From the NCBI GenBank assembly GCA_044229975.1, contig JBGARZ010000003.1:448001-512000 (forward strand): 64,000 bases of DNA, read 5' to 3'. The position numbers and the translations under genes were made by a program. Numbering within the stretch: the first letter of the stretch is position 1; every line of letters starts with the position of its first letter. This document shows positions 47,621 to 57,942 of this stretch, piece by piece. The notes beneath the pieces were generated by a model. That model was not told the DNA's origin. It did no database searches and worked only from the letters and a program-made list of their open reading frames with translations. Origin of the DNA: Polyangiales bacterium (GTDB taxonomy: Bacteria > Myxococcota_A > Polyangia > Polyangiales > Ga0077539).

Positions 47621-49324
47621 TCAATTCACGGCGTCAACGGCGTCGGAGGCTTCATCGTTCGCCGCGTTGCTCGCGGTGAGAGCGCGCTCCACAGCCCGCA
47701 CCACATCCTCATCGGGCGCGGCGGGACCGTAGGCGCCGTCTTCGAGCAGCCCGACCCACGGCGCCCCCGTGCCCCCCGGCAGCGCCGACCGCGCGGCCTC
47801 GCGGGGCGTCGGCATCGCCGCCCCATCCGCGCGAGCGGACGCCAGCGATGGTCGCGCGCGATCGAAGAGGGCCTCGCGCCATCCCATCAAGCCGACGCGC
47901 ACCCGGTGTCGACCCGGGCCGAGCCGCGACAGCTCGACCCGCCGGGGCTCGTAGCCCGCGAGCGCGACCACCACGAAGGCGGACTTCCCCCGCCCCACCG
48001 GAACACTCACCGACGACGGGTTGGCGGGCGCGTCCGAGGCATCGGTCAGGCGCCATGTCGCCGCGGGAAGCGAAGCCCCGGTCGATCGATCGAAGGGCTC
48101 GATCATCACCTCGACAGCGCCGTCGGGCGCAGCGCCCGTTCGCACTACGACACCTTCGGGCGCGGCCTCGATCGGGGCGCTGACCGCGGCGGCGGGCGTC
48201 GCGCGACGACGCAGCGCAGCCGCAACACCGATGAGCCCGAGGACGAGCCACGGGACGATCGTCCAGGCCCAATGGATCGGAGCAGCGGGTGACTCGCCGA
48301 TCACGAAGGCCGTGCTCTCCGAAGCGCCGAACCACGGATCCGTCGGGTCGAAGCGCACCCGCACGGCGGACCCCTGGAGGTTCGTTCGATCGAGGTCGAC
48401 CTCGAAGACGAACTCACCCGCGGCGTCGGTCTGCCCCGCGACGATGGTGTCGTCGCCCCGCATCAGCCGCACCGGCGCGCGGGCCAACGGCTCGTTGGTC
48501 GCCGAGCGGAGCTGTCCACGGACGCGCGCGCGCAGGTCGTCGGGCTCGGACACCAACGCAGCGGTGAGCACAGTGTCGACCCGGACCACCACGCGACGAC
48601 CGGTTCCTTCGACGTAGCGCTGCGGGCGCACCTCGACGCGCGGGCGCAGCGTATAGGCCCCCGCGCTGGGAAACGCGTCGGGGCGCACCACGAAGGACAC
48701 CTGCCCCGAGGCGTCACAGACCCCGGCCGCGATCACGCGCGCGCTGCGCGGCTCGACCACCGTCAGCGCGACCGGGAGGCCGTCGGCGTTGAGGCCGACG
48801 ACGTGGCCCGTGTTGACGCGGGCGATGAAGATCGGAGGCGCGGCGCCGAGAGCGATGGGCGTCGCGGGCGCGAGGAGCTCCACCGTGACGTACGGCGCGT
48901 CGAGCTCCACCTCGGCGTGGGCGTGCGCGGAGGCGAGTCGATCGGTGCCGGCGAAGTTGGCGTCGAGGGTGACCACACGCGTCTGCGCGTCGAGCGGGGC
49001 CTCGATGGCCGCGCTGCCATCCGCTTCGGTGAGCACGTCGTTGGTGACGGCCAGGCCCGATGGGCTCGCGACGCTGACGGACACGCGGCTCCGGCCGACG
49101 CCGATGCCCTGGTCGTCACGGAGCCGCACGGTGAGCCTGATGTGCTGGCGGTCGGGCGAGAGCTCGGGGTCGAGCACGAGCTCCGTCGCGGTGCTCACCC
49201 GGATGGGGAACGCCGTCGCAGGGAGACCAGCGGAGAGGATCACGGCGCCACCGAAGAGCGCCCACAGCACGCGCACCGCGACGCAGGGTGGACCGACACC
49301 GACCGCGCTGGCAAGGCCGCACAT
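47621..49324 (-). CDS. Membrane-anchored protein with Ig-like/carboxypeptidase-regulatory-like domains
   Basis: TDAAGEFVF-type beta-sandwich motifs, central TM and cytoplasmic tail. Start uncertain. Confidence 0.65.
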   Translation of the reverse strand: MCGLASAVGVGPPCVAVRVLWALFGGAVILSAGLPATAFPIRVSTATELVLDPELSPDRQHIRLTVRLRDDQGIGVGRSRVSVSVASPSGLAVTNDVLTEADGSAAIEAPLDAQTRVVTLDANFAGTDRLASAHAHAEVELDAPYVTVELLAPATPIALGAAPPIFIARVNTGHVVGLNADGLPVALTVVEPRSARVIAAGVCDASGQVSFVVRPDAFPSAGAYTLRPRVEVRPQRYVEGTGRRVVVRVDTVLTAALVSEPDDLRARVRGQLRSATNEPLARAPVRLMRGDDTIVAGQTDAAGEFVFEVDLDRTNLQGSAVRVRFDPTDPWFGASESTAFVIGESPAAPIHWAWTIVPWLVLGLIGVAAALRRRATPAAAVSAPIEAAPEGVVVRTGAAPDGAVEVMIEPFDRSTGASLPAATWRLTDASDAPANPSSVSVPVGRGKSAFVVVALAGYEPRRVELSRLGPGRHRVRVGLMGWREALFDRARPSLASARADGAAMPTPREAARSALPGGTGAPWVGLLEDGAYGPAAPDEDVVRAVERALTASNAANDEASDAVDAVN

Positions 49325-49383
49325 CACGCTCCGTGCGCGCCGGGCGAGCGGGTACGATGGCGTCATCGGAGCCACTGATCGCC

Positions 49384-50229
49384 ATGGAACCCACCGCCGC
49401 CCCGAAGCCCCCGCCCCGCTCCATCGCCCCCGGCGCCAAGCCCCGTCGACGGCTGCGAAACTACCTGTTGGAGCCGCGGTTCCAGCTACGGTACGCGGGC
49501 CTCCTCGCGGGCGTCGCGCTGTTGATCTTCGGTGCGCTTGGAGCGGTCATCATCCGCAGCGGGCGCGTCGCGGCGGAGGTGTCCAACGGAGCCGTCGACA
49601 TCGCCGGCGTGGCCGCCGACCAGGCCGAGCGGGCGCTGCGGGAGAGCCGGGCGAGCGCACAGCTGCTCCAGCTCCAGCAGCTCACCAACAGCGGCGGCGA
49701 TCCGGCCGTGGCCCGCGCGATGGAGGCCCAGCTCGCGCTCGACGAGGCGAGCGGCCAGCGGGCGCTGCACGCCGTTCAGCAGCAGCGGGAGCAGGCGCGC
49801 AGGCAGCGCGTGGAGATCGAGCGCATCCGGCGGCGCACCGTGGGCTTCGTGCTGGGCGCGGGGCTCATCCTCGGCCTGGCGCTCTTCGCCGTGGGCATCG
49901 TGCTGTCGCACCGGGTGGTGGGCCCCTCGTACCGGCTGAAGCAGCTCTTCTGGAAGGTCAGCCGCGGCGACCTCGCCATCACCGAGAAGCTGCGCGACGG
50001 CGACGAGCTGGTGGACCTCTTCGAGGCCTTCACGTCGATGGTGGCGGCGCTGCGGGCGCAGCAGGCCCGCGACCTCACGGCCCTCGACGGCGCGCTGCGG
50101 GTGCTCGCGAAGGATCACCCCGACGACGCGGGCGTGAAGGCGCTGCGCGAGGCGATGGAGGGGATGCGTCAGCGCCGCGGGGCGGCGGACGACACGGCCC
50201 GGTTCAAGCCCGTCGCCCCGGACCCTTGA
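49384..50229 (+). CDS. Two-TM coiled-coil protein with HAMP domain and no output domain
   Basis: RRRLRNYLLEPRFQLRY, TM, coiled coil, TM, then HRVVGP...GDL...LRDGDEL. Confidence 0.8.
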   Translation: MEPTAAPKPPPRSIAPGAKPRRRLRNYLLEPRFQLRYAGLLAGVALLIFGALGAVIIRSGRVAAEVSNGAVDIAGVAADQAERALRESRASAQLLQLQQLTNSGGDPAVARAMEAQLALDEASGQRALHAVQQQREQARRQRVEIERIRRRTVGFVLGAGLILGLALFAVGIVLSHRVVGPSYRLKQLFWKVSRGDLAITEKLRDGDELVDLFEAFTSMVAALRAQQARDLTALDGALRVLAKDHPDDAGVKALREAMEGMRQRRGAADDTARFKPVAPDP

Positions 50230-50956
50230 GGGCCCCGGCGGCGTCGAGCGAGTACGGCCCGGTGGGGATGCGAACGATCGCAGCGGCGACCTTCTCGCGC
50301 AGATCGTCCGGGCAGGGCCACGCCTTCTCGGTGAGCCCCTCGGCGAGGTTGGTGCGGATGCGCATCGAGTCGTCGCGGACGAGCAGCGCGAACATGGGCG
50401 CCGCGCTCTTCGGGTCGTCCTGCGCCAGCAGCGTGCGCAGGGCGTGGAAGCGGGTGTCTTCGCTCACGTCGTCGAGGAAGGGCGCCACCGCGTCGGCCAC
50501 GCGCGGATCGGGGCAGTCTTCGAGCGCGATGATGGTCTGGTTCTTCCGCTCGGCGTTTTTCTGATACGTGGTCTCCTCGCCGGAGAGCACGTCGATGAGC
50601 TCGCCCACGAAGGCCTCGGTGGGGAGCAGCGCGCGCAGCATCTTCAAGGGCCAGTTGACCGCCTGGGACTTCCGCAGAAAGTCCTTCACCGGCTCGACCG
50701 CCGTCTCCTTCGCCTCGGAGATGTGCTCGATGATGAACTGCTTCTCCTCGCGGTCGGTGATGGTGGGGTCGACCACGAAGTTGAAGCGCGGGAGCAGCGC
50801 CCTCCACGCCTCATCCGTACCCACCTTGCAGAGGTACTCGATGGAGGCGAAGCGGTCGGGGCTCATGGCCCGCTTGTCGAGCACCCGCTCGGCGTGCTTC
50901 TGCAGAGAATCAGGCCCGCTGGAGCCTCGCCCACGAAGGAAATCGAAGAGTCCCAT
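50204..50956 (-). CDS. HEAT-repeat protein
   Basis: MGLFDFL start; DPRVADAVAPFLDDVSEDTRFHA HEAT motif. Confidence 0.85.
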   Translation of the reverse strand: MGLFDFLRGRGSSGPDSLQKHAERVLDKRAMSPDRFASIEYLCKVGTDEAWRALLPRFNFVVDPTITDREEKQFIIEHISEAKETAVEPVKDFLRKSQAVNWPLKMLRALLPTEAFVGELIDVLSGEETTYQKNAERKNQTIIALEDCPDPRVADAVAPFLDDVSEDTRFHALRTLLAQDDPKSAAPMFALLVRDDSMRIRTNLAEGLTEKAWPCPDDLREKVAAAIVRIPTGPYSLDAAGALKGPGRRA

Positions 50957-51012
50957 GACGGCGCGGACCTATACTCCAGACCCGCGCGCCACGCACGTCT
51001 TCGCGCGAACGA

Positions 51013-52140
51013 TCAACCCTCGCCGCTGCCCTCGTCGCCTTCGCCCGTGAGCGAGGCCACGAGCTGGTTGATGCGGTACACGATGCCACCGAGCTCGGCG
51101 TGCTCGACGTTGATGCGGTGCTGGGTGTTGCCGTTGACGATCGTGAGGAGCCCCTCCTCGATCTGCTCGATGGGCTTCTCGAAGTACTGCGCCACGAAGA
51201 GGTTGTACCCGACCACCAGGAACAGCCCGAGCAGCATCGCGATGAGCGCGGGCATCGCCACCGACCCGGCGGGCGCCTGCGCGTCGGTGAGGCTGCGCAG
51301 CACGATGGCGCCCTGCGGAGTCACCGAGCCCGGCATCGGCATGGTGCGGGCGATGTAGTCCTCGCCGCCCAGCGAGAGGCGCACCTCGCTGCGAGCGCGC
51401 ACAAGCTGCTCGCCGCCCGCGGCGGGCGAGTTGGCCCACGCCACGAGCTCTTCCTTCTCGCGCTGCGAGCCCACCGACAACGACTGCACCGTGTAGCGGT
51501 TGCCCTCGCGGAAGATGTAGCCGACACCCACACCGAGACGCGTGCCGTCCGCGCGCGCCGCACTGTCCGAGACCGAGAAGCCCGCGAGTACGCCGCCGCG
51601 GACCGTTCCGCCGACGACCACCGGGACGACCACGACCTCCATCCAGCCCTGATCGCCGTAGCGGATGAAGTCGCGCACGCCATGACCCGTCGCGCCCGCC
51701 TGGATGGCCTGGCGCACCGCCGGAAACTCCGCCGCGAGGTTGCGGTCGGCGTCGAGGTTGCGCTCGGTGTTGCGCGCGAGCACGTGGCCCTCGGCGTTGA
51801 GCAGCGCCACGAGCTCGGCCGGGCGCTCGCGGTGGGCCAGGTCGGCGAGCTGGCGCGAGAACGACTGCGCCACCGCGAAGGCCGCGTCGCGCTGGGCGCT
51901 CTGGCTCTCGCCGGCGAACACCGCGGCCACCGTCGGCTGCGCGGCGAGCTCCTCGACCTTGTCGACGAACTGGTCACCGTCACGGACGCGGATCGCTTCA
52001 AGCGCCGTGACCGCACGCTGCGTCGAGGGCCCGGCGTCCTGCAAGAGCGCCTCGGTGGCCTCCCGCTTCACGAGAAACCAACCGATGACGCCGATCAACA
52101 AGACCGCGACGACGTTACCGACCAGAAGCTTCCAGCGCAT
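51013..52140 (-). CDS. Two-TM Cache-like sensor with terminal HAMP and no output domain
   Basis: TM, periplasmic domain (LLNAEGHVLAR, VVPV...GGV), TM, then KPIEQIEEG...ELGGIVYRINQL and stop. Confidence 0.75.
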   Translation of the reverse strand: MRWKLLVGNVVAVLLIGVIGWFLVKREATEALLQDAGPSTQRAVTALEAIRVRDGDQFVDKVEELAAQPTVAAVFAGESQSAQRDAAFAVAQSFSRQLADLAHRERPAELVALLNAEGHVLARNTERNLDADRNLAAEFPAVRQAIQAGATGHGVRDFIRYGDQGWMEVVVVPVVVGGTVRGGVLAGFSVSDSAARADGTRLGVGVGYIFREGNRYTVQSLSVGSQREKEELVAWANSPAAGGEQLVRARSEVRLSLGGEDYIARTMPMPGSVTPQGAIVLRSLTDAQAPAGSVAMPALIAMLLGLFLVVGYNLFVAQYFEKPIEQIEEGLLTIVNGNTQHRINVEHAELGGIVYRINQLVASLTGEGDEGSGEG

Positions 52141-52310
52141 CGTAGGCTCCACCCATCTGGAGAGACTGCCCACGCCTCGCGAACCCGCACAATCTCAGGG
52201 CGGAGTCGCGACGACCCCTTCCGCGCGCGACGCTCGTTGGCGATACTTTCCCGGAGGTATCACCCCGGCGAGAGCCCGGTCAAGACGCTCTGAGAAAGCC
52301 AACACCCGCG

Positions 52311-53402
52311 ATGTCCGACGCTTCCGCCACGACGCCTCCGCTCACCGTGTGGTCCGACCCGCGCTTCCAGGCGCACCAGTCCAGCGGCTACCACGCCGAG
52401 CGCCCGGCCCGCCTCGACGCCGCGCTGCGAGGCGCCCGCGCCGTGCTCGCCGAGACCCACGGCGTCGAGCGCACCGTCCCCGCGCCCGCGCCGCGTGACG
52501 CCCTCGCCCGCGTCCACAGCGGCGAGCACCTCGACCGCCTCGACACCCTCGCCGCGCGCGGCGGGCGCACGCAGCTCGACCCCGACACCTACTTCGGTCC
52601 CGGTAGCCTGGAGGCCGCCACGCTCGCCGCCGGCGGCGCCATCGCCCTCGTCGACGCCCTCATGTCGGGCTCCATCGAGGTCGGCGCGCTGCTCGCGCGA
52701 CCGCCGGGGCATCACGCCACGCGCGACCGCGCCAGCGGGTTCTGCCTGCTCAACAACGTCGCCGTCGGCGCCGCGCACGCACGCTCACTCGGCGCACGCC
52801 GCGTGGCCATCGTCGACTGGGACGTTCACCACGGCAACGGAACGCAGGACATCTTCTGGCGCGACCCCTCGGTGCTCTTCATCTCGCTCCATCAAGCGCC
52901 GCTCTACCCCGACAGCGGCTGGGTCACCGAGACCGGCGCCAACGGCGGCGAGGGCGCGACGCTCAACCTCCCCTTCCCCGCAGGCGGCGACGGCGCCCTC
53001 TACGCCGCGGCCTTCGAGCGCGTCGTGCTGCCCGTGCTCGAAGAGGCCGCGCCCGACCTCATCCTGGTGTCCGCGGGCTTCGATGGCCACGCGCGCGACC
53101 CGCTCGCCAGCATGCTGCTCCAGGACGGCGACTACGCCTGGATGGCCGCGCGCCTGCGCGAGACGGCGCGTCGCTGCTGCGGCGGGCGCATCGGCTTCGT
53201 CATGGAGGGCGGCTACGACCTCACCGCGCTCGAGACCAGCGTCGCGGCCATGCTGCGCGGCGCCGCCGACCCGGCCGCGTACCCGACGCCCATCGCCCGT
53301 ACGCCGTCGCCCGGAGCCGATCGCATCATCGACGGCGTCGTGAAGGTCGCCTCCCCGTGGTGGCGCTGCCTGCGCGCGCCCACCTCCGTCAGCGCTGCGT
53401 GA
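52311..53402 (+). CDS. Histone deacetylase/acetylpolyamine amidohydrolase family protein
   Basis: RPPGHHA, GFC, DWDVHHGNGTQ, SAGFD, EGGY. Confidence 0.95.
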   Translation: MSDASATTPPLTVWSDPRFQAHQSSGYHAERPARLDAALRGARAVLAETHGVERTVPAPAPRDALARVHSGEHLDRLDTLAARGGRTQLDPDTYFGPGSLEAATLAAGGAIALVDALMSGSIEVGALLARPPGHHATRDRASGFCLLNNVAVGAAHARSLGARRVAIVDWDVHHGNGTQDIFWRDPSVLFISLHQAPLYPDSGWVTETGANGGEGATLNLPFPAGGDGALYAAAFERVVLPVLEEAAPDLILVSAGFDGHARDPLASMLLQDGDYAWMAARLRETARRCCGGRIGFVMEGGYDLTALETSVAAMLRGAADPAAYPTPIARTPSPGADRIIDGVVKVASPWWRCLRAPTSVSAA

Positions 53403-54270
53403 CCGTCACCCCCGACGCGCGCTCGATGAAAAACGCCACCGCCGCCCCGACCGCCAGCGCCGCCCCGGTGCCCAGGAAGATGTCCGATCGGTGCGCCGCC
53501 TCCCACTGCGCGTTGCAGCCCGCGCAGTCTTCCGTCGCCGCGCTCACCGCGAAGTAGCCGCTCACGCCCAGCGCCACGACGCCGAGGCCGCCCAGCACCA
53601 CGCTCGCGATGTGCGGCGCGGCGCGCGTTCGATAGACCGTCGCCCGCGCCGGGTTGGCGAACACCGCCGCCGCCTCCCCCGAGCGCACCCGCACGCGCGC
53701 CACCCACGGCTGCATGCCCGGTCGCGTGACCTCCACCCGATGCACACCCTCGGTCGCCGACGTCGGGGTCGTCAGCGCAGACGCCTGCTGCGCCCGACCG
53801 TCGAGCGACACCGTCGACGACGCGGCGTCGCCCTCGACCTCCACCCGCAGCGTCTGGCCAACCGCCTGACGCGCCTGGGACGCGCGACGGATCTCGTCGA
53901 GGCGTTCGAGCTCCGCGATGTGGCGCTCGACCTGCACCCGGTCGGGCGGATCGACCTTGTCGCGCAGGTAGCGACGGAGGTCGTCCACGGCACCGCGGTA
54001 GTCGGTGAGCATCTCCCTCGCCCGCGCGATGTTGAACCACAGCTCCGGCGTCGGAACCGCCGCGTTGGCCAGCTCGAACTCGTGGATCGCCCCGCTGTAG
54101 TCCCGCTGCCTGAAGCGCTGAAACCCCTCGGTGATGTGCCGCTGCGCCTCGTCGATGCGCGACCCGCCCGCCGTCGCAACACCCGCGTCGGTCTGCGCCA
54201 CACACTCGGCCGCAAGCCCTCCGCACGCGAGACCGATGGCGAGGGCAGCGAGCGGCCGTCGCACCGTCAC
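53389..54270 (-). CDS. Exported TPR + PEGA-like protein
   Basis: Signal peptide, TPR (AIHEFELA..PELWFNIARA), SLDG..GVHRVEV, C-terminal TMs. Confidence 0.8.
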   Translation of the reverse strand: MTVRRPLAALAIGLACGGLAAECVAQTDAGVATAGGSRIDEAQRHITEGFQRFRQRDYSGAIHEFELANAAVPTPELWFNIARAREMLTDYRGAVDDLRRYLRDKVDPPDRVQVERHIAELERLDEIRRASQARQAVGQTLRVEVEGDAASSTVSLDGRAQQASALTTPTSATEGVHRVEVTRPGMQPWVARVRVRSGEAAAVFANPARATVYRTRAAPHIASVVLGGLGVVALGVSGYFAVSAATEDCAGCNAQWEAAHRSDIFLGTGAALAVGAAVAFFIERASGVTVTQR

Positions 54271-55562
54271 ACCCCGCGGAGGAGGTTGCGCAGCCAGACG
54301 ATCTTCCACGACCCCGCGAAGCCCGCCATGAGCCACGGGTCGCGCTCCATGAGGCGGCGGGTGATCCAGCCCGCGCGGTTGTAGTCCGAACCCCCGGTGA
54401 GCATCACCACGCTGCCGCCGCCGGGCTGCGCCACGACGTCCCAGCGGTGCGAGGCGCCCGCGAAATCACCGCTCAATCCCTCGTGCCACACGACGTTGTC
54501 GCCGAAGCGCGCGCGCTGGTCGCCCTCCAGGCGGCTCAACGGGTTTTCCACCACGTTGTGGAAGCGCACCGCCCCCTCCGGGTCGTCGCCTGCGCGCGGC
54601 AGCACCGTGACCTCGCGCATCGATCCCCACACCCGCGTGTACGCCGCGACGTCGCGCAGACGCGTCATGACGGCGGCCGGTTCGGCGGGGGTCCACGCCG
54701 CGACGGTGACCTGCCGGATGGAGCCCTCGTCGGTGAGCTGCATCGAGAGCACCGTCCCCTCGCGGGCCAGCGCGACCCACTCACCGGGCGGCGGCGGCGC
54801 GAGCTCACCCGCCGCGACGCTCCCCTCCGCCGGGCGCATCGGAACCTGCCGCCCACCGAGGATCTCCGCGCGACGCACGGCGCCCAGTGCGAGCACGCTG
54901 TCGGTCGCGATGTTCATGCCCGCGATGGACGAGGGCGAGCGCCGCGCGAGCTGTCGCAGGAGCCAGTGGCCCTCGGAGGGATCACCCCAGGTCGTGAGCG
55001 ACACGATGCTGCGACCGTCGCCGTCGGGGTAGAGGTCCCAGCGTGATCCGCCGGGGCCCGTCTCGGACTGGGTCACGATGACGTCGACGCGGCGCTCGCC
55101 CACCTGGCGCATCTCGCAGAGCGCGTTGACGTTGAAGAGCGGCGCGGCCACCTCGAAGCGAAACCCGATGCGCGACTCGTGCTGCGAGAGCACCTCCACG
55201 GTGCGCAGGATGGGCATGAACGTCGGGTACTCCGACGGCGTCGTCACCACGTGGCGCACCTGATCGAGCGGCACCGCGGCGCGTGTCACCAGCGTGATGC
55301 GCGCGTCACGCCCCGCATCGGCATCGCGCACGATGAACGCCGGGCCGCGCGTCAGCAGCGGACGCAGCGCATCGAGCGTGGCGGCCGAGGGCGCTTGCAG
55401 CGGACGGGTGGCGCCGACCGCGGGACTGGCCGCGGCCGGGGTGCCCGCTTCCGCGCCAGGAGCGGTGGTTGGGGAAGCGGGAGCGGGCGGCCGGGTGGAC
55501 GCGCAACCGAGGTGGAGACTCAGGAGCGCTGCGAGCGCCTTGACGACACGGGCCTTGTGCAT
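54267..55562 (-). CDS. Lipoprotein with tandem SRPBCC/START-like domains
   Basis: Lipobox LGC; two units with YPTFMP / YTRVWG and GSRWDL / HRWDV motifs. Confidence 0.65.
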   Translation of the reverse strand: MHKARVVKALAALLSLHLGCASTRPPAPASPTTAPGAEAGTPAAASPAVGATRPLQAPSAATLDALRPLLTRGPAFIVRDADAGRDARITLVTRAAVPLDQVRHVVTTPSEYPTFMPILRTVEVLSQHESRIGFRFEVAAPLFNVNALCEMRQVGERRVDVIVTQSETGPGGSRWDLYPDGDGRSIVSLTTWGDPSEGHWLLRQLARRSPSSIAGMNIATDSVLALGAVRRAEILGGRQVPMRPAEGSVAAGELAPPPPGEWVALAREGTVLSMQLTDEGSIRQVTVAAWTPAEPAAVMTRLRDVAAYTRVWGSMREVTVLPRAGDDPEGAVRFHNVVENPLSRLEGDQRARFGDNVVWHEGLSGDFAGASHRWDVVAQPGGGSVVMLTGGSDYNRAGWITRRLMERDPWLMAGFAGSWKIVWLRNLLRGV

Positions 55563-55576
55563 GGCAACTCCGAGCC

Positions 55577-57250
55577 ATGGTGATGGAAGCGCTGCGGGAT
55601 GTCACGGGTTGGGCGCGGGTGTTCGCGCGCGTCGGCCGAGGGTCCGAGCTGGTGCAGGGCGCGAGCCCGCAGGCGTCGCTGCTCGCGGCGAAGCTGTTGA
55701 GCTCGGGGCGCGCCGGGCTGTCCACCGCGCTCCGGGTGCGCGCGGTGGGCGACGCGCATCGACCAGCCTTCGTGTGGCGCGGACGCAGCATCGACTTCGC
55801 CACCGTCGACGACCGCGTCGATCGCCTCGCCGCGGGCCTCCGTCGCAGGGGCCTCGGGCGTCGCGAGGCCGCGGCGCTGGTGCTGCGCAACCGCCCCGAG
55901 TTCTTCGAGATCGAAGCAGCAATGGCGCGCATCGGGGCCTCGGCCGTGAGCGTCTCGTGGCGCAGCACCGCGGCGGAGCTTCGCTACCTCCTCGGCCACT
56001 CCGGGGCGAAGGCCGTCTTCTTCGAGCACGACCTCGCCCCCGTCGTGCAGGAGGCCGTGCGCGAGCTCCCGGCGCTCAAGGCCGAGCGACTCTTCGCGGT
56101 GGACGGCGACGTCCCCGGCGCGGCCCGCTACGACGACCTCCTCGACTCGGTGAAGAACACCACGCTCGACGAAGAAGACGGCGCGGTGGTGATCTACACG
56201 TCGGGCACCACGGGGCGGCCGAAGGGCGCGGTGCGGCGCTTCGGCGTCGGGCAGGTGCTGGGCTTCGCGGCGTTCATGGAGCGGGTGACGCTGAAGCGGA
56301 GCGACCGGCACCTGTGCGTGTGCCCGCTCTACCACTCGACGGGGCTCGCCTTCGCGGGCATGTCGCTGATGGTCGGCGGGTGCGTGGTCATCGAGCCGGA
56401 GTTCGAGCCGCTGCGCTTCCTGCGCGCCATCGAGCGCGAGCGCATCACCACGACGGCCATCGTTCCGACCATGCTGCATCGGTTGATGGCACTCGACCCG
56501 GTGGTGCTGCGCGGGCACTCCACCCGCTCGCTGCGGGTGATGCTGTGCGGCGGCGCGCAGCTCCCGGCGCCCCTCGCCACGCGCACCCTCGATGCCTTCG
56601 GCGACGTTCTCTACAACTTCTATGGCGCCACCGAGACGGGCCTCGTCACCGTCGCCACACCCGACGACCTGCGCGCTGCGCCCGGAACCATCGGGCGCGC
56701 ACTGCACGGCGTCTCCATCCGCCTGCTGGGCGCGTCGGGCGAGGAGGTTGCGCCGGGTGCCGTCGGGGAGCTCTACGCCCGCAGCTCGATGCTGGTGGAG
56801 GGCTATCACGCCGACGATGAGGCCACGCGGTCGTCGATGCGCGACGGGCACTTCAGCGTCGGCGACCTCGCGACGGTCGACGCGGCGGGCCGCTACACCA
56901 TCTGCGGGCGGCAGCGCGACATGGTCATCAGCGGCGGCGTCAACGTGTACCCGGCGGAGGTCGAGGGGACCATCGACGCGCACCCGAACGTCGCGCAGTC
57001 GGCGGTGATTGGTGTGCCCGACGAGGAGTGGGGTGAGCGGCTGCGGGCCTTCGTGGTGCTGCGCGCGGGCGTCGACGCGACGGATGCGCGAGGGGTGGCG
57101 CAGGAGCTCAAGCAGTGGTGTCGGGCGCGGTCGTCGGGGGCGAAGGTTCCGCGCGAGTGGGTGTTGGTGGAGGGGCTGCCGAGCAACCCGACGGGCAAGG
57201 TGCTGAAGCGCGAGTTGAAGGATTGGAGGGGTGAGGTGATCGCGGTGTGA
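55577..57250 (+). CDS. AMP-dependent acyl-CoA synthetase
   Basis: YTSGTTGRPKG, FYGATE, GDL, GRQRDMVISGGVNVYP, PTGKVLK. Confidence 0.95.
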   Translation: MVMEALRDVTGWARVFARVGRGSELVQGASPQASLLAAKLLSSGRAGLSTALRVRAVGDAHRPAFVWRGRSIDFATVDDRVDRLAAGLRRRGLGRREAAALVLRNRPEFFEIEAAMARIGASAVSVSWRSTAAELRYLLGHSGAKAVFFEHDLAPVVQEAVRELPALKAERLFAVDGDVPGAARYDDLLDSVKNTTLDEEDGAVVIYTSGTTGRPKGAVRRFGVGQVLGFAAFMERVTLKRSDRHLCVCPLYHSTGLAFAGMSLMVGGCVVIEPEFEPLRFLRAIERERITTTAIVPTMLHRLMALDPVVLRGHSTRSLRVMLCGGAQLPAPLATRTLDAFGDVLYNFYGATETGLVTVATPDDLRAAPGTIGRALHGVSIRLLGASGEEVAPGAVGELYARSSMLVEGYHADDEATRSSMRDGHFSVGDLATVDAAGRYTICGRQRDMVISGGVNVYPAEVEGTIDAHPNVAQSAVIGVPDEEWGERLRAFVVLRAGVDATDARGVAQELKQWCRARSSGAKVPREWVLVEGLPSNPTGKVLKRELKDWRGEVIAV

Positions 57251-57439
57251 AGAGACTCCGTGCGTGGGTGGCGGATGGGCGCGCAAGGCACGTCGACAGG
57301 TCCACCCAATGCGTCCTTACCCGGGCCGTACGACGCCTGCGATCGGGGTTGGGAAGACGAAGCGGGCGGGGCGGTGATCGATACCGGGGGGTATGGATTT
57401 CGGTACCGGGCGAGCGGTGCACCGCCACGCGGGAAGGGA

Positions 57440-57862
57440 CTACTTCTCGGTCGGCTTCTTGCGCGGCCCGGTCGCCATGAACTTCTCGAAGGACTCGATG
57501 GCGCTGGCGACGGCGCGGTTCTTCGGCGCGGCGGCCTGCGCCCGCTTGTAGATCTCGAGCATGCCCGACCACGCGCGGGCGGCGTGTAGCAGGCGCGTCT
57601 CGGTGGCCATCTCGGCGTGCTTGATGGCGGCCTGCTCGACGGGACCGAGCGCGTGCCACGCGGCGAGGTCTTCGCGGATCGCCGTGGTCGACGTCTCGAC
57701 CTCACCGAGAATCGCGGCGTGCTTCTCGTAGAGCGCGACGAGGTCGGCGGCCTGATCGGCGAAGCCCTCGCGCGGCTTCGGCAAGGCGCGCATCTCGTCG
57801 GCAGAGAGATCGATGAGCGTGGGGGCGGGCTTCTTCTTCGGAGACTTCTTCGCCGTGGCCAT
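57440..57862 (-). CDS. Conserved-type helical hypothetical protein
   Basis: GGAGG RBS; IDLSADEMRALPK...LEIYKRAQ pattern; Lys-rich termini. Confidence 0.75.
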   Translation of the reverse strand: MATAKKSPKKKPAPTLIDLSADEMRALPKPREGFADQAADLVALYEKHAAILGEVETSTTAIREDLAAWHALGPVEQAAIKHAEMATETRLLHAARAWSGMLEIYKRAQAAAPKNRAVASAIESFEKFMATGPRKKPTEK

Positions 57863-57942
57863 TGGGCATCCTCCCGGTCGTAAGCGACCAGTCGGCGATG
57901 ATCGCGGCGCGATCTGGATGCGTCAACGTGGATGGGAGGCGG

